In this document: positions 14,335 to 31,099 of the stretch, one piece after another | Numbering within the stretch: the stretch's first letter is position 1 | Layout of the letters: the number at the start of each line of letters is the position of its first letter | Assembly (NCBI GenBank): GCA_964016885.1 | Contig: OZ024760.1 | Coordinates: 23,312,001-23,376,000 of the forward strand | Reading direction: 5' to 3' | DNA: 64,000 nucleotides | Source: Eledone cirrhosa | Lineage: Eukaryota | Position numbers and translations under genes: made by a program | The notes under the pieces: generated by a model | Databases searched by the model: none | Told to the model about the DNA's origin: nothing | What the model saw: only the letters and a program-made list of their open reading frames with translations

Positions 14335-14579
14335 CCTGTGTCAGTGTTGAACAAAAAGGTGACGTGGTTGCCTTAACACCGTATGGCATAAATTCAGGCT
14401 GTTCAGTTTGTTTACAAACGAACAAAGCGACGTTAGCGCCGCTAAACAGATACGTGCATATATGTATGTGTACCTGTATGCATATGTATGTATATATGTA
14501 TATATATATATATATATATGTGCATGCTACTGTACGTCTGTATACATATATGTATGTACGTATACATGCATACTTACAT

Positions 14580-17030
<2,451 letters not shown>

Positions 17031-17704
17031 CTTCGTGCGAGCATATTCTCAAGCATTTTTAATCTGACGCTCAAACGACTTTAGACGCTCAAACGACTTT
17101 ACCAATTTTCCGCCATATTGCTTGCTAAAGCAGGTCAGGTATAATCTCCCTTCCTGCTCTTTAACCGAATAACTTCGCCTTACGTTATAGAAACTGTTTA
17201 CATATCTGCATTCTACACACCTATAGCCATTCGATAAAATAATTCACGGTTTTAGCATTTCTGGCATGAAGAAAGGTTTTTGTTCTGGCTATATTAGCCT
17301 ATGTTTAATAGGCTTTCCTTGCCAAATATTCTAAAGCGAACTGTTGGGCGGATTGTCAATACTTAATTAAGATCTACTATAGCGACACCAGGGAATTTGC
17401 TACGTTGATGGAAGCATGCTGGTGGAATTTACGAAGATATAGGATGAATGAATAAATAACAATTTCCTTCCATTGTTGAAAAGTAATTATTCATTCACAT
17501 ACTGTTCGATAACTCATAGAAAATCTCGTATATATATATATATATTTGTCTGTGTGTGTGTCTATGCATATATATATATACATATATATGTGTGTATATA
17601 TGTTTATCTTACATATACACATACATATATGTCTATATCTCTCTATCAATATATACATGTGTGTGTATATGTGTGGTTGTGTGTGTTTTTGTTTATGCGT
17701 GTTA

Positions 17705-19055
17705 CTATATAACATCAAAAACCGCAGCAACAACTATTACAACCATAATTACGACAGCCACAAAAACAATTACATCAGCCACAACAACTACAAGAACAGT
17801 TACAACAACAACATCAATTACTGTAACAACAACTGCAACAGTTTCGACATCAACAACTTTAACAACTACAACAACAATTACGACAGCCACAACAATTACA
17901 GCAACTGCAACATCAATAACAACAAGCAACTGCAACTGCTCCAACAGGTGTGACATAAAAAACTGCAGGAACAACAGCTACAACAACAATTACAACAGCT
18001 ACAACAATTACAGCAGCCACAACAACAACAACTACAACAACATTAATTCCTACAGGAACAACAAAAGCAATAATATTTACAACAGCAGCAAAAAGTACAA
18101 CGAAAACCGGAGCAACAACAAATACAACAATAAGTATAACAGCCACAACAACGATTACAAAAACAACTGCATCATCAATTACTACAGCAACAACAACAAA
18201 ACAACAATAACTGCAACTGTAGCAACAGGTACGACACCAAAAACCACAGCAACAATAAATACAACAACAATTAGTACATCAACAACAACAGAAATAATAA
18301 CTGCAATCGTAGCAACAGGTACGACATCAAAAACCACAGCTACACCAAATACAACAATTAGTACAGCAACAATAACTGCAATCGTAGGAACAGGTACGAC
18401 ACCAAAAACAACAGCAACACCAAATACAACAACAATTAGTACAGCAACAACGACAGAAACAATAACTGCAAGTCGTAGCAACATGTACGACATCAAAAAC
18501 CAGAGCAACACCAAATACACCAACAATTAGTACAGCAACAACAACAGAAACAATAACTGCAATCGTAGCAACAGGTACGACACCAAAACCACAGCAACAC
18601 CAAATACAACAACAATTAGTACAGCAACAACAACAGAAACAATAACTGCAGTCGTAGCAACAGGTACAATACCAAAAACCACAGCAACACCAAATATAGC
18701 AACAAATAGTACAGCAACAACAACAGAAACAATAACTGCAGTCGTAGCAACAGGTACAATACCAAAAACCACAGCAACACCAAATACAGCAACAAATAGT
18801 ACAGCAACAACAGAAAAATGTACGGCATCAAAAACTGCAACAACTATAAAAACAATTACAACAGCCACAACAACAATTACAACAACTATAAAAACAATTA
18901 CAACAGCCACAACAACAATTACAACAACTACAACAACAAAAGCAACTATAACTGCAACTGTAGCAAAAAATTCGACATAAAAAACCACAGCAACACCAAA
19001 TACAACAACAATTAGTACAGCAACAACAACAGAAACAAGAAGAAAACTGCAACAT
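17705..19055 (+). repeat. ACA-rich low-complexity region with a core ~90-bp minisatellite (~7 copies, 18203-18815)
   Basis: The unit ACAATAACTGCAATCGTAGCAACAGGTACGACACCAAAAACCACAGCAACACCAAATAC... recurs at mostly 89-91-bp intervals. Confidence 0.85.
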
Positions 19056-19914
19056 TTGCAGCTAAACCAAAGGGTGTTCTATATACACAATGTACAATAT
19101 AATAAGCTTGCCAATAACCATTCTAATTACATATTAATATCTCCGTATATCAAACCAAACGCCGAGAGATTGATAATGTAACTATGTTCTTTGATATTTC
19201 GGTTTTGTTTTCTGTTCTTTTTTTCCGTGTGAATTATTTTCTCTCTATTCCTTATTTAATCTATTCTCTGTTTTAGCTCGGATATTATTCTCAAATGTAA
19301 ATTCTTTGTTTAATTTAACAAGAATTTTTGGAGAACGCAGCCTTGCAGTTTGAAGGATAATAGAATCAAAGAAATAATAAGGAAATAAATAAATATATAA
19401 ATAAATAAATAAATAAATATATAATTATTGAAAATGGAAACGACAACGCGTAGATATCTCGCGGCCGGCTGGTGGTTCTATTTGTTATGTTATGTTGAAA
19501 GTGGTAAAGAAGTGTTTACGAAGGAGAAATAGGCAGTGAGTCAGAGATAGAGAGTGAGAAAAAGGAGAGTAGGGGAAAAAGATATAGAGATAAAGGAAAT
19601 GAAATGAATATATATATATATATGTAATTGAGAGAGAGAGATGATGTTTTAAGCACAATGTTTAGCATATAGAAATGTATCAAATTCATCTGACGTGTGT
19701 GTATGAAGTGTGATACTAAATACATCTCTTCCATTTGAACATGAAGAAACAGAATGTTTTTTCCTCTCATTTCTTTCGCTTAACGATTATAGGTTCACAC
19801 ACACACACACACCCAACACACACACACATAAATAAGCGTGTGTGCGCGCGAGTATGCGTGTTTGCATAAAATGCGGTTGCGAACAGAGAGAAGTAAATTA
19901 ACAATATTTTATGT

Positions 19915-20112
19915 TAATATACACACATATATATATTTATACACATATATATATACATACATGATTATATATATATATATACATACATTATTAAATATAT
20001 ATATACATAACATACATACATACATGTTTATATATATACATACATGTTTATATATATATATATATATATATATACATGTTTATATATATATATGTATATA
20101 TATATATACATG

Positions 20113-20143
<31 letters not shown>

Positions 20144-20530
20144 ATGTTTATATATATATATACATGTATATATATATATATGTGTGTATATATATATATG
20201 TGTGTATTATATATATATATATATATATATACATGTTTATATGTATAAATATGTATATATATTGTATATATATATACATGTTTATATGTATATATAATGT
20301 ATATATATATATACATGTTTATATGTATATAAATGTATATATATATGTATATATATATACATGTTTATAATGTATGTATATGTATATATATATACGTTTA
20401 TATGTATGTATATGTATATATATATATATATATAATCTATATATATACATGTTTATATGTATATATAGAATCTATATATATACATGTTTATATGTATATA
20501 TACATATATACATATACATATATATATATA
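19915..20530. repeat. (TA)n microsatellite with CATGTTT variants
   Basis: Direct reading. Confidence 0.93.
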
Positions 20531-20942
20531 GAATCACATACATATTCATTTCCTGCATGGAATTAACATATCATGAAATCAACATTCCCATACTTCCGTA
20601 TTAAAAATATAGCCTGGAAACTATCATGGCGGACTGACTTTCGATTTTATAGACACACTCATACACATAACACACACATACATAAACAGCACACCCCCTC
20701 CCCCTTATACGTAGACACACATACAAATTCGCACTCACACTAATACATAATAGACACTTCAAACGAACGTACCTGCTTGCACACAGATGTGTGTGTGTGT
20801 GTGGTTAAGGGTTTCGCTTTACAACCAAAAACATTACGAGTTCTATCATACACCTAGGTATACGAGTGAGTGCGTGTATATATATATATATTTAAATATG
20901 TATATAATGCATATATATATATATATATATATGTATATAATG

Positions 20943-21125
<183 letters not shown>

Positions 21126-21197
21126 CAAATATTTATTAAAATAACCAATTAAAGTTTAAGCAAATATATATATATATATATAATATATATATATATA

Positions 21198-21845
21198 CAC
21201 ACATCACATAAATATAATACAATCTTAAACCCTAACACTATTCGACTTTCATATTCAACGGCTCCTAATATTGAACAACATATAAAAAAGCTTAACGCAA
21301 AACGGTTGTATAAACGCCTTCCAACACATAACAATACACGTAAAACATCGGCTATAACATCACAAAACAACAAACAACATCCTGTCCTACCGAAGCAACC
21401 TCATCAACCGATCCATGACAATACAACAACGCAAAATTATAATTGTAACTGTGTCCAACCAGGAATGTGTCCATTGAACAATCAGTGTCTTGAACGAAAC
21501 ATCATATACAAATGTACTATCGAATCGGATGGACAGAAGTGGTACTATGTGGGATCTACAGCCACCTCCTTCAAATCACGCCTTTATAGACATCGTTACT
21601 CGATAAAACATGAAAACCAGCGTTATGTAACAACACTCGCAGACAAGGCTTGGCAGCTGCGTGAAAATAACCAACAATTTAACGTAAAATGTGATATAAT
21701 AGCAGCTGCCCCTCCATTATCCCACGGACAGGAATTTTGTAAATTATGTAATATGGAATTAATTTGTATTATGAAATCCAAAAACATTTTATTAAATAAC
21801 AGAATAGAGCGATAGTTATACTGTAACCAACACTTAAAATCTACA
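21198..21845 (+). pseudogene. 5'-truncated Penelope-like element ORF: RT-thumb/linker plus GIY-YIG endonuclease (Hydra-clade-like)
   Basis: Translation gives HKYNTILNPNTIRLSYSTAPNI, CNCVQPGMCPL (CxCx5C), NIIYKC...YYVGST...FKSRLYRH, FCKLCNMEL and LLNNRIE. An in-frame TAG at 21813 is followed by LYCNQH. Confidence 0.85.
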
Positions 21846-22620
21846 TTTTCATATTACAAATACTACCAGGATTGAACGCCTGTCTCCATCTCCGTTTGAT
21901 TGTCAAAACACATATTAACATTCTCTATTAGTCTTAATTCTATCAACTCTTCTATTATTACCATTTAAACTGTTATAGATAAAATGAGATTTCTGATTTC
22001 TTAATTCAATTCCCTAGTGCATATACCAGCTGGCTACTAGCATTATGTTATTCAGTAGCAATCGAAATCTCCCCCTTCCTCAATTGACACTTTATAATTA
22101 ATACTACTGCACCAAATGACCAGCCCTGTCCACTGTTCAATTGGTCAAGTATAGATTAAAATAGGCACTCCAAAAAATTCTTATTTAGATAAAATAAACC
22201 TTTTACTCATTAGAAACCCTTTTATATACTTGTTTAGCTGTAAATTGAATTACCATCTGTCATATACTCTCCCCTCTCTTCTTCCTCTATTACAACTAAT
22301 ATAAATACTTCAATTTTTCTGATTTTATCCAATTTATCCAAAATCTCTGAAGACGTGACAACTGATTATACATTTGCTATCGAATAGTTGCTAACATTAT
22401 ATGATTACGCAAGCAGCGATACATAGGTATTCCGTCTGTTACAGAAACATATGTCAATACCTAATAAATTCCTTTTTAAAAAAAGCACTTTCATTTTATA
22501 TTCATCTTTTCTATATTTTCTCCGGAATATAATTTATACTCGTTGAGCAAACCTACACGTACGCTGTTCATCTCTAACGTAACCATATATTATCACTACA
22601 TTATTGATAACCTGAAATTT
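21846..22620 (+). mobile_element. PLE 3' UTR / pseudo-LTR with degenerate hammerhead (22347-22455) and AATAAA (22463)
   Basis: CTGAAGA-C-GTGACA...TGTTAC-A-GAAA-CATATG-TC; stem I is not recoverable; the region ends in (TA)n. Confidence 0.6.
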
Positions 22621-24750
<2,130 letters not shown>

Positions 24751-24756
24751 GTACAC

Positions 24757-24980
24757 GAAGGCCTGTGGCTGTGTGGTTAGAGAATTGGATTCGCAATTAT
24801 AAGGTTATGAGTTCGATTCCTCGACCAGGTGATGCGTTATGTCCTTGAGCAAGTCACTTTATTTCACGTTGCTCCTTCTACCTGGAGTTGCGACCGATAG
24901 ATAGTATTAGCAATTGGAAAGACCAACGGAAACATTGTACCCTCGGTCCGTTTTGACGAAAGTAGATCGTCTTTCTTAAT
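24757..24980 (+). mobile_element. tRNA-derived SINE (second family)
   Basis: A box TGGCTGTGTGG, B box GTTCGATTCC and TGTCCTTGAGCAAG core; a close copy lies on the minus strand at 52950-53157. Confidence 0.85.
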
Positions 24981-25210
24981 ATATATAAATATATATAAAT
25001 ATATATAATGTATATGTATATATAAATATATATAATGTATATGTATATATATATATAAATATATATAATGTATATGTATATATATATATAATGTATATAT
25101 ATGTATATGTATATATATAATGTATATGTATAAATATATATAATGTATATGTATATATATATATAATGTATATGTATATATAATGTATATATATATATAT
25201 AATGTATATG

Positions 25211-25241
<31 letters not shown>

Positions 25242-25441
25242 NNNNNNNNNNNNNNNNNNNNNNNNNNNNNNNNNNNNNNNNNNNNNNNNNNNNNNNNNNN
25301 NNNNNNNNNNNNNNNNNNNNNNNNNNNNNNNNNNNNNNNNNNNNNNNNNNNNNNNNNNNNNNNNNNNNNNNNNNNNNNNNNNNNNNNNNNNNNNNNNNNN
25401 NNNNNNNNNNNNNNNNNNNNNNNNNNNNNNNNNNNNNNNNN
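25242..25441. other. Assembly gap (200 N)
   Basis: Run of N. Confidence 1.
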
Positions 25442-25650
25442 TGCTGGCGGTGGCGACGCTACTGCTGATGATGGTTGTGGTGGTGGTGGTGGTAGTGGTG
25501 GTAGTGGTGACGGTGCTGCTGGTCGTGGTGGTGGTGATGGTGGCGGCGCCGGTGCTGCTGGCGGTGGCGACGCTACTGCTGATGATGATGGTGGTGGTGG
25601 TGGTGGTGGGTGTGGCAGTGGTGGTAGTGGTGACGCTGCTGATGATGATA
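25442..25650. repeat. (GGT)n/(GCT)n low-complexity repeat
   Basis: Direct reading; internal duplication of TGCTGGCGGTGGCGACGCTACTGCTGATGATG. Confidence 0.85.
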
Positions 25651-25910
25651 GTAACACATGCACCCAAAAAGCGTAGATTGAATCCCAAATTATGCATTTT
25701 TCAAAGAAGCCATTTTACACACGAAACCTAACTTTGATATAAGCAAGAAAAACAGAGAAAATGTAGGAAATTATAGAATGCTTTGATCACTCTATTATAG
25801 TTTAAAGCGATATATTTGGTTAGCATTATGGAACATTCTAGAAGAAGAAAAGGCAACCTGTTGAATCTCCTTATTGGGAAATAATTATTGGGAAAATATA
25901 TGTATGTATG

Positions 25911-25943
<33 letters not shown>

Positions 25944-25949
25944 ATGTGT

Positions 25950-26020
25950 GAGCATATAAAGATACATATATATACATATATACATATATATGTACACAAA
26001 GACTAAGAACATGATGAAGA

Positions 26021-26069
<49 letters not shown>

Positions 26070-26365
26070 AAGATACTAAATAAGAGTGAAAAGAGAGAAA
26101 CAAAGGAGGACAGATATATATATGTGTGTGTGTGTGTGTGTATGTGTGTGTGTGTGCATATAAAGATACATATATATACATATATATATATGTATGTACA
26201 CAAAGACTAAGAACATGATGAAGAGGAGAGAGAGAGAGAAAAGAAGATACTAAATAAGAGTGAAAAGAGAGAAAACAAAGGAGGACAGATATATATGTGT
26301 GTGTGTGTCTGTGTGTGTATGTGTGTGTGTGTGTGTGTGCATATAAAGATACATATATATACATA
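25950..26365. repeat. Local tandem duplication (~190-205 bp) among microsatellites
   Basis: ACACAAAGACTAAGAACATGATGAAGAGGAG...AAGAAGATACTAAATAAGAGTGAAAAGAG occurs twice. Confidence 0.8.
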
Positions 26366-26461
26366 TATATATACATATATATGGACACAAATATATATAT
26401 ATACGTATAAATATACATACAGATATATCTGTATTCCTATATATATGCATACATACATGTG

Positions 26462-26500
<39 letters not shown>

Positions 26501-26635
26501 GCACACAGGCGCACATATATATATATGTATATATATATATATTTAAATATATATATATACACGCACGCACACCCACACACACACACGCACATATATATAT
26601 AGAGAGACATATATATATGCAAACATTAATCATAT

Positions 26636-26815
26636 ATCAGTATCGGTAGAGGGTCGGACGCCATGCTTTGATGCATAGAGTTGCGACCCTTTCCAATCTG
26701 AGTTCAAATCCAGCCGAGGTTTACTTTGCCTTTCATCCTTAAGGGGTCGATAAAATAAAGTATCAGTAATGCACTGGGTTATTGCCGGCCTTGTGCCAAA
26801 AGTAGGAACAATTAA
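26636..26815 (+). mobile_element. Abundant tRNA-derived SINE (resembles the octopus OK-type SINE)
   Basis: GAGTTCAAATCC B box followed by ACTTTGCCTTTCATCCTT..GGGGTCGATAAAATAAAG; more than 25 copies in the window. Confidence 0.85.
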
Positions 26816-26827
26816 TATATACATTTG

Positions 26828-27168
26828 GAGGCACATGGCTTAGTGGTTAGAGTATTGGCCTTGCAATCGAGAGGTTGTGAGTTCAATTCTCAGACCTGGT
26901 GATGTGTTGTTTCCTTGGGCAAGACACTTTATTTCACATTGCTCCAGTTCACTCAGCTGTAGAAATGAGATGATAGGGTCTGGGGTCCATATCATTCCAC
27001 TGCAAAGTGGTGGTGGAGGTGCCACGGCAAAAAAGCACCCAGCACTCACTGTAAATGAGGTTGGTGTTAGGAAGGGCATCCAGCTGTAGAAATCAAGCCA
27101 GAATCAGTTCCCGCCCCACCCTTGAAAGCAGGGAAAAGCGGACGTAAAATGATGATGATGATGATGAT
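26828..27168 (+). mobile_element. tRNA-derived SINE with RTE-derived 3' end and (GAT)n tail
   Basis: A box TGGCTTAGTGG and B box GTTCAATTC. The 3' segment GGTGTTAGGAAGGGCATCCAGC is shared with the RTE 3' end at 28640-28680. Confidence 0.8.
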
Positions 27169-27207
27169 ATATATATTTATTTATATATATATATATATTT
27201 ATATATA

Positions 27208-27273
27208 TACGTAGGTCCCGGGTTGAGTCGGGGATAACCACACTAAGTAAGGTACTCAATACATGGCAGAGTA

Positions 27274-27275
<2 letters not shown>
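27208..27275 (-). mobile_element. Family B terminal fragment in (TA)n
   Basis: CCCGGGTTGAGTCGGGGATAACCACACTAAGTAAGGTACTCAATACATGGCAGAG resembles 36150-36205. Confidence 0.7.
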
Positions 27276-27333
<58 letters not shown>

Positions 27334-27343
27334 AATATATATT

Positions 27344-27399
<56 letters not shown>

Positions 27400-27409
27400 A
27401 ATATATATT

Positions 27410-27479
<70 letters not shown>

Positions 27480-27489
27480 AATATATATT

Positions 27490-27542
<53 letters not shown>

Positions 27543-27601
27543 ATATATATGTCTATATTTATATATATTTATATATATATATATATCTATATATATATAT
27601 C

Positions 27602-27634
<33 letters not shown>

Positions 27635-27651
27635 TAATATATATAAATATT

Positions 27652-27698
<47 letters not shown>

Positions 27699-27849
27699 AT
27701 ATTGATACGCCATTTTGTTTCACTAAGTGTATTAATAAGGAAATGAATACAAAAGAATATGGACATGTAACCAATTATGCAGAATTCATTGGGAAATATA
27801 ACTAAAGAAACATTTATTGGGAACGGAAATGAAATTACATTTGAAGAGA

Positions 27850-27883
<34 letters not shown>

Positions 27884-28129
27884 ATAAATATATATATTCA
27901 TTATGTATGCATATATATATATGTATATAAATATATATATTTATTATGTATGCATATATATGTATGTATATATGTATGTATGTATATATACATACATAGT
28001 TATATACATTCGATCGCAGCGCTGTTAATTGCTAACATGTGTGTGTGTGTGTAGATATGTATGTGTCCGCGCGCGTGTGTGTATATATGTATGTATATTA
28101 TTATTGTTTTGGAGTATCTGTCTGTAAAT

Positions 28130-28385
28130 TAAAGGTGGAAAACTGGGAGAGGGCACTTGACCTGGTGGTCAGGGTCACTGTGGCCTTTTAATGGGCTTTC
28201 TCCACAAATGTCCCTCGGAAGTCTACCCCCCCCCCCCCTATTGGGGAATTTTTCATTATTTTTTTATTACGTCCTCTGTTTTTTTTTACACGCAAAAATG
28301 CCCATTTGTACCGTCCTGTATTGTCCTGTACTGTCCTTAATGTCTACTTTATGTAAACCCTTGTGGTTAATAAAGAAAGCATTAT
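28130..28385 (+). mobile_element. Probable LINE 3' UTR remnant (related to the copies at 37.2-38 kb)
   Basis: CTATTGGGGAA, ATGTAAAC and TGTGG.TAATAAAGAAA motifs are shared with 37420-37550. Confidence 0.45.
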
Positions 28386-28517
28386 TGTTTTTGTTGTCGT
28401 TATTATTATTTTTGTTATTATTATTATTATCGTTATTGTTATGTTTTTTTTCTCGTGCAATGGCCATACTCGAAAACGCGGGGGCAGCCATGATGTATAT
28501 ATATATATGTAAGTCTG

Positions 28518-29735
28518 TATCATCATCATCATCATCATCATCATCGTTTAACGTCCATCTTCCACGCTTGCATCGGTTTGGACGGGAATTTTCCCTCCTG
28601 TGGCAAGATTGGTTGTCTTGCTCGCATAGGACTGTCTGGCGGGTTTTCTACGGCTGGATGCCCTTCCTAACACCAACAACGTTTACAGTGTGGACTGGGA
28701 GGTTTTTACCGTTACCTACACGGCCACATTACAGCGTGGTCTGTGTGTGTGTTTTTTTTTTATCGTGACCCCTACACGACCACATTTATTTCGGACTGGA
28801 TGTTGTGGTACCAACATAACTTTACATTGGAAGGTGCTGTGTGGATGGGGTGGCGGTAGTGGGACTGGGGTGTATTTTTGTTAAGAGGTGCCTCCCGACT
28901 GTAGGTTTCGCTTTGTACTTAGCAAGGCGGGTCTTCTGTATTACTGTGTAGTGCCAAAGATCTCGGTCCCGTGACATTGTCTTGGAGAGGTGTAAGTGTG
29001 TGAGGTCGGAATTTATCAAGTCGTCCCAGGTGTTTCTGTGTCTGCCTAATCCGTGGCTACCGTCTATTGTTATCGCCCTGCACTTTTTTATACAGCTGTC
29101 GTCTTTCATGCGCATCACGTAACCATACTAACGTAGTCTTCTCTCGAGTAAACAACATCTGATCCCTCTTATTCCTAATTTATCCCTTAGTTCGTTTATG
29201 CTTGGCCGTTCACGTATATAATAATAATAATGAAATTATTGTGTAAAGTGCTCAGGTGCACTACAACTCGTCAAAGGTGTATGTATAGTACATAGAATAA
29301 TACACAAATGTCAGGGAAGTGAATAGTGTATGAGTCATGGTATACATGTTTGTATGCGTATGGAGGGGGAACATTAGCTGTAGTGTTGGCGGGTCTCGGG
29401 AAGCATGGAGGTTAAAGGATGCAGTGTCTCGACAGCTAACAACTGATGCAGCTCTGAGCGTGAAAAAATGTTTCCGAAAGTCATGGGAACTGTGCTGTTT
29501 TCTGACTTTGTGGGCATGTGCACGTGTGTTAGACACATGGAAATCAAAAAGCTACTCAGGGTTGTTGTTGGCAATATGGTTAACAATGTTGTGGGTATAT
29601 TACTATTACACATCCAATGGAGCATGCAAGCTTCGTTCCTCTCCATTCTGCGTAGATCCTCTGCACACAAGGCCAATGTCTCACTGCCATGTAACATTGC
29701 TGTTCGTATGCAGGCATCATACAGCCTGCCTTGTA
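28518..29735 (-). mobile_element. 5'-truncated RTE-clade LINE (RT C-terminus, 3' UTR, (GAT)n tail) interrupted by CR1
   Basis: GRLYDACIRTAMLHGSET...EACMLHWMCN / ERRLR*YGYVMRM...GRHRNTWDDLINSDL...DRDLW; the tail reads GGACGTTAAACGATGATGAT. Confidence 0.85.
29220..29594 (-). mobile_element. CR1-type LINE 3' fragment nested in the RTE
   Basis: NTRAHAHKVRKQHSSHDFRKHFFTLR...VVSCRDTASF; (ATT)n tail; flanking GTATAT direct repeats at 29214-29219 and 29595-29600. Confidence 0.8.
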
Positions 29736-29751
29736 TATATATATTTATATA

Positions 29752-30211
29752 TGTAGAAATTATATTTAAATTGTTGGGATACAACAAGCAAATATTTTTA
29801 TAACTGATATAAAGTACTCCACAAATTATTGGAGTAAAAATACGATATTAACAAATGGAAACTATATTTATAAAACCATATTTATTTCATTATACATATT
29901 TCAAGGACACCAAGTTAAATTATGGTGTGCTTTCTTCAGATAAAAATATAATATAGAGCAGTTTTATGAATAAATATTAACATACCCTTAAAAATGCAAC
30001 CATTACTGTTGGAAGCTCTCGGATAGTCTATCCGGGAGCTTCCAACAGTAATGGTTGCATTCTTTAAGAGTATGTCAATATTTATTTATAAAACTGATCT
30101 ATATTATATTTTATCTGATGAAAGCACACCATAATTTAACTTTGTGTCCTTGAAATATGTATATATGAAATAAATATGATTTTATAAATATAGTTTCCAT
30201 TTGTTAATATC

Positions 30212-30213
<2 letters not shown>
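29752..30213. mobile_element. Family C fold-back element (PLE pseudo-LTR-like) with a hammerhead on each arm
   Basis: Inverted arms of ~180 bp around GGATAG-T-CTATCC (~30027); HHR at 29883-29948 (-) and 30107-30172 (+). Confidence 0.8.
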
Positions 30214-30250
<37 letters not shown>

Positions 30251-30261
30251 TTTACATATAC

Positions 30262-31078
30262 ATGGGCTCACCGCGAAGGGGCCGCTTTCGGTTATTTATG
30301 AAATATTTCTTCATAGGAGCCTTTATTCTTATAGCCTGGTCTAATTTATTTTTTATATGGTTAATTATGCTAATTGGGTGAGGAAATGGTATATATTTTA
30401 TCTAATAATTCTAAGGACATGATTTATGATATATATATATATATTTATATATAAATTCAAATGATTGGTGATATACCAACTCGTTTGTCTACCAACATAT
30501 CGTAACAATTATACATCTACTTATTTTGTCTGAAGAGGTTATGTTTTGCTTTATACTATGCATAAAACTTTACAGCTTCGAAATATATACAATAAAATAA
30601 ATAGAGATGATATAAAGTATTTATCTTTCGTTCATTACTATTATTATTATATAAATTTTATAATTTATATATATTTTTATATATATTTATTAAAATAACA
30701 GATTAAAATTTAAGCAGCGAATCGCTGCTTTCACCCTTAACGGGATCTTCTGAAACTAAAAATATCAATCTGTAATCGTATAAGTAAATATTTCGAAAAA
30801 CGTTGCAACCGAAGGAAAATAGGAAGACGATACGTTGGTTCGTAGAGACGTTCCCTGGCAATGAACAGAAACAAGCGAAGATAATACGTCGTTATGTGAA
30901 CCGTTGAGAACGATTACACGCAAAGACAAAACCACGTTTATGGTATAAATGAAGTCGTACACTAATATTCAATTTAGGTAATCGATCGATTCTCTAGGGT
31001 TCTTATATATTTGATATATATTTATCCTTATTGAGCCCTTTTTGGATTTCAATCTTCACATTTATTATTATTACTATT
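30262..31078 (+). mobile_element. Probable PLE pseudo-LTR segment(s) with hammerhead-like motif at 30521-30600
   Basis: TTATTTTGT-CTGAAGA-G...C-GAAA-TATA-TA-CAATAAAATAA with imperfect stems; flanked by (TA)n; terminus shared with 21043-21125. Confidence 0.55.
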
Positions 31079-31099
31079 TATATATATATATATATATAT

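Larger units (their letters stand above)
12616..14579 (+). mobile_element. Retrozyme-like tandem array, right arm (inverted relative to the left): ~4.2 copies of the same monomer
   Basis: Reverse complement of the left-arm unit; HHRs spaced 468, 466 and 468 bp apart. Confidence 0.85.

Noticed and set aside
10872-14579. CRISPR-like or 5S/tRNA/snRNA gene array
   Set aside because: Whole units are identical with no unique spacers, and no 5S, tRNA or Sm-site snRNA sequence was recognised.
24757-24830. tRNA gene
   Set aside because: A and B boxes are present, but there is no complete cloverleaf and the sequence continues into a SINE body repeated at 52950-53157.
24864-25731. Pro/Thr/Val-rich ORFs spanning the gap
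   Set aside because: Made of a GGT repeat, Ns and TA; no evidence of coding.
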